From: TPA_inf: Saccharomyces
Taxonomy: Eukaryota
Length of the DNA: 64,000 bases
NCBI GenBank assembly: GCA_000146045.2
Contig: BK006945.2
Coordinates: 544,001 to 608,000, forward strand
Reading direction: 5' to 3'
The translations under genes were made by a program, and so were the position numbers. The notes below the pieces were generated by a model. The model was not told the DNA's origin. It made no database searches and saw nothing but the letters and a program-made list of their open reading frames with translations. Below are positions 24,352 to 35,317 of the stretch, one piece after another (position 1 is the first letter of the stretch; every line of letters starts with the position of its first letter).

Positions 24352-24515
24352 ATTTCTAATATCCTCAAGGCTAGATCGTTCTCTCAAGGAACTTAAAGTG
24401 CCTGATCTTGCGATGATTAATCTACAGCGATGGATACTTAAATCATGTAAAAATCTCAGTTTTGAAGTCGTTTGCTCTCTTCCATGCTTCAGTTCCCTTT
24501 TGGAAGGTAATATAA

Positions 24516-26627
<2,112 letters not shown>

Positions 26628-26775
26628 GGCCCCTTGTTAATAATTCTTGCACGCATACTTTTGTTATTTTGTTGCTTTATCGGATAAAAGTTAATATAAA
26701 TCGATGTAAATAATTTTATATAATCATACAACAGGGTAATAAAAAGACGAATATATTCAAATGCGGGTTCTAAAT

Positions 26776-27858
26776 CTAAGTTTCATTCTCACTATCACTG
26801 CTTTCTTCCTTTGCCTGTTGAGAGAGTAGTTCTTTCCATTTTTGAGTGAGCTCTCGGATTGCTTCAGGATTTAAACTAGCTTCTACGAGATCCTGTGGAA
26901 CATGATTTTCGGAGTGCTCTTTTGAAGCGAATCTCCCCGTGTTATGCCTCGTCACTAACCTTAATTCATAATCTTCAACATCATTCTTCGGAGGTGCTAT
27001 CGCAGCAATCTCGTTCCATGAAAATAGCAAAGAATCTGTCTTCCTGGCAAACGGATTTATATCAACAATGAAGATTTTATTGAAAGGTCTTGGAATATAA
27101 ACGTCAAGAACGAAACTTTTATCAGGAAACTTGGGCAGGACGACATCATGAACTATTTCATCAATAAGGTCCTTGAAGGTATCTGACAACTCATCTAAAT
27201 AGTCATAATAATTTAAATCACGCTGGGTGGCCCCAACGATATGCGCATTCTTAACGAAGACCCTAAATTCGAGTGCCGGATTCATATCACACCATTGTCT
27301 AAGTACCAAGTCAAATTTCAATCCTTTTATATCATCCCCGTCCACGCAGCCTTTAAATGCTCTTTGAAGGTCATGCATTATGTAATTGGATGCGTTCAAC
27401 AATAGGTAAAGCTCATTTACCTCGTTACACTTCATAGTGTTATTCGGCAAAATCCAGGTAGCGTCTCTTGGTGCAGACCAGTTTAACTTGGGAGCCACTG
27501 CACCTAATTCGTTCAAAGCATCCTTTAATTTCTGGTGTAATTCTGGAAAATCTATCAATGGCTCAACTTCTTGGACAAATTCGGTGGCGGTATCCTCATC
27601 GTCCTCCCAATCACTATAGTCATTATCTTCATTTCTTATTATTTCCTCGGTGTACACAGACCTGGAGTTTTCCTCTTGGGGTAGCTTGATACCGTCTTGT
27701 TCCAAATATTGAATAAATTTTTTCGGTAAGGATTTTAACACTATGGATTTTGGCACATATTTGGGATACAGTGAGGACCAAAACGAGTAAGAACAGTGTT
27801 CAACCTGCGCTCTTGTCACTGGTATATCTATAAAAGTTGTATATTCTTGTGAGGACAT
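26776..27858 (-). CDS. CDC123: eIF2 assembly factor Cdc123 (D123 family)
   Basis: 360 aa from the ATG at 27858 (MSSQEYTTFIDIPVTRAQVEHCSYSFW). The ORF-track start at 27894 is GTG. Confidence 0.88.
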   Translation of the reverse strand: MSSQEYTTFIDIPVTRAQVEHCSYSFWSSLYPKYVPKSIVLKSLPKKFIQYLEQDGIKLPQEENSRSVYTEEIIRNEDNDYSDWEDDEDTATEFVQEVEPLIDFPELHQKLKDALNELGAVAPKLNWSAPRDATWILPNNTMKCNEVNELYLLLNASNYIMHDLQRAFKGCVDGDDIKGLKFDLVLRQWCDMNPALEFRVFVKNAHIVGATQRDLNYYDYLDELSDTFKDLIDEIVHDVVLPKFPDKSFVLDVYIPRPFNKIFIVDINPFARKTDSLLFSWNEIAAIAPPKNDVEDYELRLVTRHNTGRFASKEHSENHVPQDLVEASLNPEAIRELTQKWKELLSQQAKEESSDSENET

Positions 27859-28095
27859 CAATAAGTAATTTATGTCAGCGCTTTTTGGACGCACGTTTTA
27901 GTTTCACTGGTGGAGTTACGGTATCATTAGCTTCTTAATCTTCCCACTGCATAAATGGACATCGGAAAATATCCGCTTATTATGCCTGAAAAAATAATTT
28001 TTTTAACAGAGTTTTCTACGTACTTTTTACTTAACTACTGAGGCAGCGCAACTGTTTAGTATTTAAACATATAAGCATATATATAATGCAAGTAA

Positions 28096-29211
28096 TCAGG
28101 AGAACATCTTCGAAAGAGACTTTTTAGCTTTTTCGTTTTGTTGCTTTCTTTTTAATTTAGTATTATGAATAGCTTTCAAAATGGCAGCGTCATTTGGCTG
28201 GAAAGTAGTGGCCATTTCTAGGTCATTGAGAGCCATATCTGTGTCATTAACATGGTAATAGGCCAGGCCACGACGGTACAAAGCTTTGGCCTTGGCTTTT
28301 TCGTCAGCCGCTTCGGCATATAACACCTCCGATGAGGCTACTAATACTTGCTTGTAATCTTTTAATTTAAGAGCACAGATGGCAATATTCAATGGAATAG
28401 ACACTTTCAATTGATTGATTTTTTCAATTTGTTCCTTCTCCAAATCTTCTGGGAAATACTCTTTCAAGAATTTATCACATTTGACATATTTTTCTAAAGC
28501 CACGGAATAGTTCTGTTTCTTGAACTGTTCAGTACCAATGTTCTTTACCGTTTCGATAGCTTTCAAGACGGTGTCGAAATTCTTCAAGTCAACTTTTTCG
28601 TCTTGTTTTAAAACATCTTCATAATTATCGCCGTACTCATCTGTTGGTGTAGCTTCGGCATTCTCTGGCACTTGATAATCGTCAGGTAACACGCCACAGT
28701 CATCAATCTTTACATCACGCAATGGCTTGTTGTTTTCTTGGTCACATTGTTGGTTTTCAATCAAACGAACAATTCTTTTACCTTGAATCACTTCACCAAA
28801 CACAACGTGCTTCCCGTCCAAATGAGGTGTAGGAACACAGGTTATGAAAGCTTGAGATCCATTGGTATTTGGACCGGCGTTGGCCATGGATAGAAGGAAT
28901 GGTTTATCATGTTTAACAGTGAAATTTTCATCCTCGAATTTTTCATCGTATATGCTCTCACCGCCAGTACCATTAAAATTGGTAAAATCACCAAATTGAC
29001 ACATGAAGTCTTTGATCACTCTGTGGAAAATGGAACCCTTGTACGACAATGGTACATCAGGTTTAGTCTTTGCCATACCAGCATTTCCTTCACACAACTT
29101 CAAAAAATTTTCAGCCGTTTTAGGCACTATGTCATTGTACAACTCAAAAACTATACGGCCTTGGGGTTTACCTCCAATAGAAATATCAAAAAAAGTTTTA
29201 GGTCTAGTCAT
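28096..29211 (-). CDS. CPR6: Cyclophilin-40 type peptidyl-prolyl isomerase with TPR domain (Hsp90 co-chaperone)
   Basis: 371 aa, ATG at 29211. N-terminal cyclophilin domain ([16 protein letters not shown]) and C-terminal TPR repeats. Confidence 0.92.
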   Translation of the reverse strand: MTRPKTFFDISIGGKPQGRIVFELYNDIVPKTAENFLKLCEGNAGMAKTKPDVPLSYKGSIFHRVIKDFMCQFGDFTNFNGTGGESIYDEKFEDENFTVKHDKPFLLSMANAGPNTNGSQAFITCVPTPHLDGKHVVFGEVIQGKRIVRLIENQQCDQENNKPLRDVKIDDCGVLPDDYQVPENAEATPTDEYGDNYEDVLKQDEKVDLKNFDTVLKAIETVKNIGTEQFKKQNYSVALEKYVKCDKFLKEYFPEDLEKEQIEKINQLKVSIPLNIAICALKLKDYKQVLVASSEVLYAEAADEKAKAKALYRRGLAYYHVNDTDMALNDLEMATTFQPNDAAILKAIHNTKLKRKQQNEKAKKSLSKMFS

Positions 29212-29331
29212 TTTTACTCCTTGATCGCCTGAATATTGTCTTACCAGTTTTCTATGTGATGTGAGCGCATCAGCACCTCTGATATTCGACTTATTTAAAT
29301 AATTTTCTGTCTGAACTTTCTCCAGCTAGGG

Positions 29332-29350
29332 CGGAAAAATATTCTAGAAG
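29332..29350 (+). promoter_or_regulatory. Heat-shock-element-like GAA/TTC array upstream of CPR6
   Basis: GGAAAAATATTCTAGAAGCTC contains TTCtaGAA with a further GAA unit. About 125 bp upstream of the CPR6 ATG (29211, minus strand). Confidence 0.4.
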
Positions 29351-29465
29351 CTCATAGAAATGCCGTTCAAAAGCGTAACAGTTATGTTCTATAAAGGGAA
29401 ACAATGTGTTTCGATCACTGCAGCTGTCTATTATATACAAGTTATACATCACGACATTTAGATTT

Positions 29466-29918
29466 TCATTTCTTCTTTTCCGAATCCTTACTGGTCGTCC
29501 CATCCACGTCCACTGTGCTTACGCGCTCTCTATTACCATTCTTTTCCCAACACTTCCTAAATAACGCCATCTCGTTGAAGCACTGCCTCCAGTCACCTGT
29601 TTCGGCATGGCACAGCTGTAATGCGAGGTTCTCTACGTAGCATCCGGTCTTGGATATTCTCGTGTCCCACACATCCGGGTCTTCGTCTTCTTGGACCTCT
29701 TTGTATTCTTCCAGCGCCTGCTTATAATACTCTGAAGTTTCGCCAGTTTCACTCATGACCAGTCTGCCAGTTTTAGCCTGCCAGAGCTTTTCTTTCCCTT
29801 TAATCTTCCCTTGTTTGGCGCAACTCTTAGAAGTGCCTTTCACTACCTTTAATGGCTGAGGCCCCTTTTTTTGTTTCGGACATTTGTTGTGAGAAAAAAA
29901 AGAAGAAAATAAAAGCAT
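29466..29918 (-). CDS. COA4: Twin Cx9C mitochondrial intermembrane-space protein, cytochrome oxidase assembly factor
   Basis: 150 aa from the ATG at 29918 (MLLFSSFFSHNK...). Cx9C/Cx10C motif (CYVENLALQLC...CFNEMALFRKC). The ORF-track start at 29972 is TTG. Confidence 0.8.
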   Translation of the reverse strand: MLLFSSFFSHNKCPKQKKGPQPLKVVKGTSKSCAKQGKIKGKEKLWQAKTGRLVMSETGETSEYYKQALEEYKEVQEDEDPDVWDTRISKTGCYVENLALQLCHAETGDWRQCFNEMALFRKCWEKNGNRERVSTVDVDGTTSKDSEKKK

Positions 29919-30150
29919 AAATGAAGCGAATGGATGAGAAGAGGGGAGGGAAAGCAAGAACGAGAAGGACAAACATCAGGGACCCATACTTCAATAAATT
30001 GCTTGATTTGGTGTTAATCAATTCTTCTAACATCAAACCTCTTTTAGTTTCCTTCGATCGTTTCACGTTGCTTATATTGATTGCTTTTTACTTCTATTTT
30101 TTCACTAGAATAAACAAACAAAGACATTCTGTTGATCAAGAAAGTTGAAA

Positions 30151-32337
30151 ATGGTATTTGGTTTTACAAAGAGGGACAGGAGGGTACCTGATTTATCTAG
30201 GTATGATTACTACTATCAGAACCATGAAGATTATAACAAAAGTCCTCAGCTCTCTGCTGCTGCTGCCTCTGCTGCTTCTGCCGCATCACCGGATCGAACC
30301 AATTACTCAAGGTCGCACTCGCTGGTTAGTCATGCACCTTCAATACCGAGACAAAGAAGTTCGGTAAAGAGCCCAGGAAGAAGGCTTTCCACATCCTCTG
30401 CCGCTCCGCCAACGTCCAGGGCAGCAGCTAAGCAGTATTCACAGAAGACTTACTCGTTGAGGTCGCAAAGGAGCGGAGAGTACCATTTACACCCGCCCGG
30501 TTATACTACTAATGGGAGCCGTATGAATTCTATGACGTCTGGTGCGAATGTCAGAAGAAACTACGGTAAGAACAAATCGACGGCCGGCAACAATAACGAT
30601 TCAAGGGCCAACTCCATTACCGTAAAGACTACACAAGTAACAGACCCTTCAGGAAGGACTCAATCAATTACCAAAAAGACAATAAGAAAAATAAATGGGT
30701 ATGAATACGTAGAAACCACGACTACGACTAAGAATTTGGTTCCATTAGGTGACTCGCAGCGTCATTTCGATGAATTTAGTGAAAATTACATGTTGCAAGA
30801 TGACGACATTTTAGAGGAACAAGCTAGTGATAACATTCACGATATAATCGAGGAAAACGAAACAGATAACGAAAAGCCATATTCCCCAGTAAGCGAAAGT
30901 CATTTACAAGATGATTCAGAGCTAAACGTGGAAAAACCAGATTTCCCACTTGGATCATATTTCCACCATAAGTATTCTACAGACGTTATGCCTCTAGAAG
31001 AAGAAAGTAGTTTATCAAACTTCAGTGACGCATTAGATTATATTCCTCCCACCCATCAGACCAGTAGTAAATATATTCATAATAAAAGGAAGCAAGCATC
31101 GACGACAAGAAGGAAGAAAAGACCGCCTGCCGTGAAAAACGCAGAAGCAGAGGCCAAGAAACCATTAACCGAAGCAGAAATGTATCTGAAGGCACTAGAG
31201 GTTGCTAAAAGAAACGTTTATCACACGGATGCTGCTTCGGATAACGCATCGGCCCCCCTCGGGAGTAACAAATCCAGGAAAAGTAGGATGGGTCAAAAAA
31301 TGACCTTGAGAAGCAGTAGTGATTCTCCGACGGCGACTGCTAATCTTGTCAAATCTAATGTCGAGGTTCAACCAAAAAGATTTACAAGTTCCTTCTTCAG
31401 CAGAAATACTAAAAGCGCCCCCCATGAAGTGCACAATCACTCTGTGTCTACACATTTTAAATCGAATAAGGCTGTTGACCCAGTTCCAGAGCCTAAAAGT
31501 GCAAACACAGGGCTAACAGATAAAGAAATGTATGACCAAGCTTTGAAAATCGCACAAGCGAGGTATTACAACTCACATGGTATTCAACCTGAAGCAGTCG
31601 ATAATAGCACTACGGCGGCTAAACCTCGTCAGGTCGGCGTTAGCCATCTGGGATCCACTGGGAGCATCCCGCCCAATGAGCAGCACTATTTAGGGGATTC
31701 TGAAATTCCAGTCCAAAGCGAAGTGCATGAATACGAGCCCATTCCATTGCAGAAGACAAAAACAACTGGTTCTTCCAAAAATAAGTTCAAAACCATGTTC
31801 GATAAAGTGCTGCAATTCTCTCAAGAAAACTACGGCTACCAGCACAAGAAGGAACAAGGCGAACAAACTCCAGTTACTCGTAATGCTGAAGAAAGCTTCC
31901 CAGCAGCGTCTATTTCGGAAGGTGTGACAACCGCAAAGCCATCTTCAAACGAAGGTGTGATGACGAATCCAGTAGTTACAGATTCACCTTCACCCCTTCA
32001 ACAACAAATAGACTCGACTACTGCGTCCTCGAATGGGCAAAGTCAGGGCAATGTACCTACCTCCGCAGTAGCTTCAACAACGAGAACAAGATCACCGGAA
32101 CTGCAGGATAATCTAAAGTCTTCTTCTTCGCTTTTACAGGACCAAACCCCTCAGCGTCAGGAAGACGCCACGGATCCAACAACATCATCGACGAATGAAT
32201 TATCTGCCGCTGAGCCAACAATGGTCACTTCGACACATGCCACTAAGACAATACAGGCTCAAACACAAGATCCTCCCACGAAGCACAAGAAGTCCAGTTT
32301 CTTCACTAAACTGTTCAAGAAAAAAAGCAGCCGTTAG
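30151..32337 (+). CDS. MSC3: Ser/Thr-rich low-complexity protein of unknown function (meiotic sister-chromatid recombination screen hit)
   Basis: 728 aa from the ATG at 30151 (MVFGFTKRDRRVPDLSRYDYYYQNHEDY). The ORF-track start at 30145 is TTG. Position between COA4 and CCC1. Confidence 0.82.
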   Translation: MVFGFTKRDRRVPDLSRYDYYYQNHEDYNKSPQLSAAAASAASAASPDRTNYSRSHSLVSHAPSIPRQRSSVKSPGRRLSTSSAAPPTSRAAAKQYSQKTYSLRSQRSGEYHLHPPGYTTNGSRMNSMTSGANVRRNYGKNKSTAGNNNDSRANSITVKTTQVTDPSGRTQSITKKTIRKINGYEYVETTTTTKNLVPLGDSQRHFDEFSENYMLQDDDILEEQASDNIHDIIEENETDNEKPYSPVSESHLQDDSELNVEKPDFPLGSYFHHKYSTDVMPLEEESSLSNFSDALDYIPPTHQTSSKYIHNKRKQASTTRRKKRPPAVKNAEAEAKKPLTEAEMYLKALEVAKRNVYHTDAASDNASAPLGSNKSRKSRMGQKMTLRSSSDSPTATANLVKSNVEVQPKRFTSSFFSRNTKSAPHEVHNHSVSTHFKSNKAVDPVPEPKSANTGLTDKEMYDQALKIAQARYYNSHGIQPEAVDNSTTAAKPRQVGVSHLGSTGSIPPNEQHYLGDSEIPVQSEVHEYEPIPLQKTKTTGSSKNKFKTMFDKVLQFSQENYGYQHKKEQGEQTPVTRNAEESFPAASISEGVTTAKPSSNEGVMTNPVVTDSPSPLQQQIDSTTASSNGQSQGNVPTSAVASTTRTRSPELQDNLKSSSSLLQDQTPQRQEDATDPTTSSTNELSAAEPTMVTSTHATKTIQAQTQDPPTKHKKSSFFTKLFKKKSSR

Positions 32338-32426
32338 CAGTTGTTTACTCGAATTTTGCAATCAACCCTAATTTTTGAAGCCTGGTTTTAGATTTATTCT
32401 CTTCTTTTTCTTCTTGTGAACTTCAA

Positions 32427-32528
32427 TTACTAATGTAACTTAATTTTTAATATAACTTTTACAGTTTAATAATATTGATTTTTTTCGGTCTGGACCAATC
32501 GCGCCGCATTTCTCACTAATATTACTAA
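32427..32528 (+). promoter_or_regulatory. Two Yap-response elements TTACTAA (Yap5 sites) in the CCC1 promoter
   Basis: TTACTAA at 32427-32433 and 32522-32528, about 400 and 300 bp upstream of the CCC1 ATG. Confidence 0.6.
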
Positions 32529-32824
32529 CATACCCTCTTCTCATTGGCTCGGTACCCCTTTCGTGACCCGCATTTTTTGTTTTCTTTGTTAGCCCGAATG
32601 TCTCACAATGAAGATGTAAAATTAAGATTATATATGAAAAATTGATACAAAACAAAATAGTTCAAATAATCAAGTTAAAGCGACATCACTCTCAATTTTT
32701 GCTTTTTTTAGGTTTATAGAATAGAAATATAACAGAACGAAGCCTTTAGACTCTTTTTTTTTATTGGTATATTGAACAAAGAAACTTTTTTTTTGTCCTC
32801 CCATATCTCGTGCACACAAATATT

Positions 32825-33793
32825 ATGTCCATTGTAGCACTAAAGAACGCAGTGGTGACCCTTATACAGAAAGCGAAAGGTAGTGGTGGAACCTCAGAGT
32901 TGGGGGGGTCTGAATCAACTCCCTTGTTGAGGGGTAGTAATAGCAATAGTTCAAGGCATGATAACTTATCCTCATCTAGCTCGGATATTATCTATGGTAG
33001 AAATTCAGCGCAGGATCTAGAAAACTCACCGATGTCAGTAGGGAAAGATAATAGGAATGGCGATAACGGTTCGGATAACGAAAAGGCGAACCTAGGGTTC
33101 TTCCAATCAGTAGATCCTCGCGTAATTAGCGATTTGATTATCGGGCTAAGCGACGGTTTAACCGTCCCCTTTGCTCTAACAGCTGGTCTATCTTCACTTG
33201 GTGATGCGAAATTGGTCATTACCGGTGGCTTTGCTGAGTTGATCTCAGGTGCGATTTCTATGGGCCTTGGTGGCTATTTGGGAGCGAAGAGTGAATCTGA
33301 TTATTATCATGCTGAAGTAAAGAAGGAGAAAAGGAAATTTTACGATAACTCCAACCTAATTAACAGAGAAATTGAAGACATTCTGTTAGAGATTAACCCT
33401 AATTTCTCGGACGAAACAATCGTTTCGTTCATCAAAGATTTACAAAGAACACCTGAGCTAATGGTTGACTTCATTATCAGGTACGGTAGGGGTCTAGACG
33501 AACCTGCCGAGAATAGAGAACTAATCAGTGCAGTCACTATCGGTGGCGGTTATCTACTTGGTGGGCTAGTACCACTAGTGCCATATTTTTTTGTCTCAGA
33601 TGTGGGCACAGGTCTCATTTATTCTATAATAGTCATGGTTGTAACATTATTCTGGTTTGGTTACGTAAAGACAAAACTATCCATGGGTAGTGGCAGTTCG
33701 ACTTCAAAGAAAGTTACGGAAGGTGTTGAAATGGTTGTTGTGGGTGGTGTAGCAGCAGGTGCGGCTTGGTTCTTTGTTAAGTTACTGGGTTAA
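32825..33793 (+). CDS. CCC1: Vacuolar Fe2+/Mn2+ transporter (VIT1 family)
   Basis: 322 aa from the ATG at 32825 (MSIVALKNAVVTLIQKAKG). C-terminal multi-TM VIT domain (GLSDGLTVPFALTAGLS). The ORF-track start at 32810 is GTG. Confidence 0.9.
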   Translation: MSIVALKNAVVTLIQKAKGSGGTSELGGSESTPLLRGSNSNSSRHDNLSSSSSDIIYGRNSAQDLENSPMSVGKDNRNGDNGSDNEKANLGFFQSVDPRVISDLIIGLSDGLTVPFALTAGLSSLGDAKLVITGGFAELISGAISMGLGGYLGAKSESDYYHAEVKKEKRKFYDNSNLINREIEDILLEINPNFSDETIVSFIKDLQRTPELMVDFIIRYGRGLDEPAENRELISAVTIGGGYLLGGLVPLVPYFFVSDVGTGLIYSIIVMVVTLFWFGYVKTKLSMGSGSSTSKKVTEGVEMVVVGGVAAGAAWFFVKLLG

Positions 33794-33896
33794 GTGTAAA
33801 GTAACAACACTATACATATTTATTGTAAAGAAATTTGGGATTGAGAAGCTTTGCTATATACTTGGAACTGGGCTGGATTTTCTCGACATACATTTC

Positions 33897-33907
33897 TTTT
33901 ACGTTTT
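33897..33907 (+). other. Perfect 11/11 match to the ARS consensus sequence (TTTTACGTTTT); candidate replication origin core
   Basis: Matches WTTTAYRTTTW in the AT-rich convergent CCC1/RSA3 intergenic region. Single match only, no functional evidence. Confidence 0.25.
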
Positions 33908-34361
33908 AATTTGTTTCTATATTCTCCTCTTTAAATTTATTTATATTAATGAATTTCAAACTAGTTTCTTTTTCTATTGCCAAGAGGCCCATCAGGTGAT
34001 CCATGATAACCTTTATTCGCATTGAATCGTTTTTCATTGGATCTAATTCGTCATTTGGTCGCCGCCTTTCTTTGCTCCTTCTGCTTTTTTCTTTTTCTCT
34101 TTGACTATCAGGTCATAAGATCTTCTCCTCCATTATGCCCAAGTGTTTTTCTTTTTTTTGCCTTTATATAAATTACAAAATACATACATATACTTCTCGT
34201 GCAGTATACTGGAATCAGCTTTATACCATATGAAGCACAACTTGGATCAGGACCGCTCTTCATTAAAAATCGAAGAATTATCTAAATAATTAATGTGCAC
34301 GTCAATATATTCTCCGCGGAAACATGACAAACTTTTAGAAAAAGATTTAAAGCAATATTTT

Positions 34362-35024
34362 TCAGTTCTCCATTTCTTTATTTTTCAAGACCAATTCTAG
34401 TTCACCAATATCAAACATTCCTATGCCTTCCTGCAGAGCATCTGCCAAAATGGATAGTGATTTATTCGTGAAATCCGGGGCAGCTCTAAGACGATTGATA
34501 TCATCACCGTAGTTTTCAAAAAGTAAATTTAAGTATTCTTCCCTTAACTTTGTCTTGTCTTTCCCTTTGGGCACAAAGTTTTCTGCCAATTCATTGTATT
34601 CTTCTCTCGCAAGCTTGATATTTTCGGCAATTTTCGATGCATTCATAAAACCCTCCTTGTTTTGAGATTTCGTAGGCTCTGGGATCTTGCTCAAAGAAAT
34701 TTTGGTTAAATCGTCTATCACTTCTTTTGAATTTAACTTCAAATCCTTGCTTTCTTCGTCTGTAAGCTCGACATCCGAAACTTCTATTGCAATGTCCTCT
34801 TGTTTGTCTTCGTCATTACCTTTTGAGAAAACATGATCACTTTTACCATTTTCTCCAACGTGTTCTTCGATGGCCCCATTTTGGATTTCCTCCTTTTCAC
34901 TTTCTGATGATGGATCCGATGATGAAGAATCTGATGATGAAACATCAGCTGTTCTTCTCTTCTTCCTCCTTCTGTTTTTTTTGACAGACTTGATATTTAT
35001 GGCTGATATATCACCTGCCGACAT
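34362..35024 (-). CDS. RSA3: Ribosome assembly protein 3 (60S biogenesis)
   Basis: 220 aa, ATG at 35024. Ser/acidic N-terminus and a basic KKNRRRKKRR patch. RRPE/PAC motifs upstream. Confidence 0.85.
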   Translation of the reverse strand: MSAGDISAINIKSVKKNRRRKKRRTADVSSSDSSSSDPSSESEKEEIQNGAIEEHVGENGKSDHVFSKGNDEDKQEDIAIEVSDVELTDEESKDLKLNSKEVIDDLTKISLSKIPEPTKSQNKEGFMNASKIAENIKLAREEYNELAENFVPKGKDKTKLREEYLNLLFENYGDDINRLRAAPDFTNKSLSILADALQEGIGMFDIGELELVLKNKEMEN

Positions 35025-35133
35025 CCTGTATAATATATTATGGCTAGTTCTTTCCGTGCTATTTCAAGTGGGCAGTTTAAATTCTTGTATATATTACTAC
35101 AATATATGAAAGTTTTCGCTCTTCGTTTTTTGC

Positions 35134-35153
35134 AAATTTTTAGTGATGAGCTC
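35134..35153 (+). promoter_or_regulatory. RRPE-like (AAATTTTT) plus PAC (GTGATGAGCTC) upstream of RSA3
   Basis: About 110-130 bp upstream of the RSA3 ATG (35024, minus strand). Confidence 0.6.
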
Positions 35154-35317
35154 TTCGCGCAAAGAAGTTTTCAATGCCCGTAAAGGCACCTAATTATATA
35201 TCGAATTATTTTAAGCTTTCCGCTTCATCAATGCATTTTGTCTTTATATATCTAGTTTACAAAATAATATGTTGCTATTGCCTTGCTTTTAAAGGCTCAA
35301 TATCTTGGACTTACTGC

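Noticed and set aside
30258-30292. GCTGCTGCTGCCTCTGCTGCTTCTGCC repeat near the MSC3 N-terminus (AAAASAASAAS)
   Set aside because: Short in-frame alanine/serine codon repeat within a low-complexity protein. Not a separate element.
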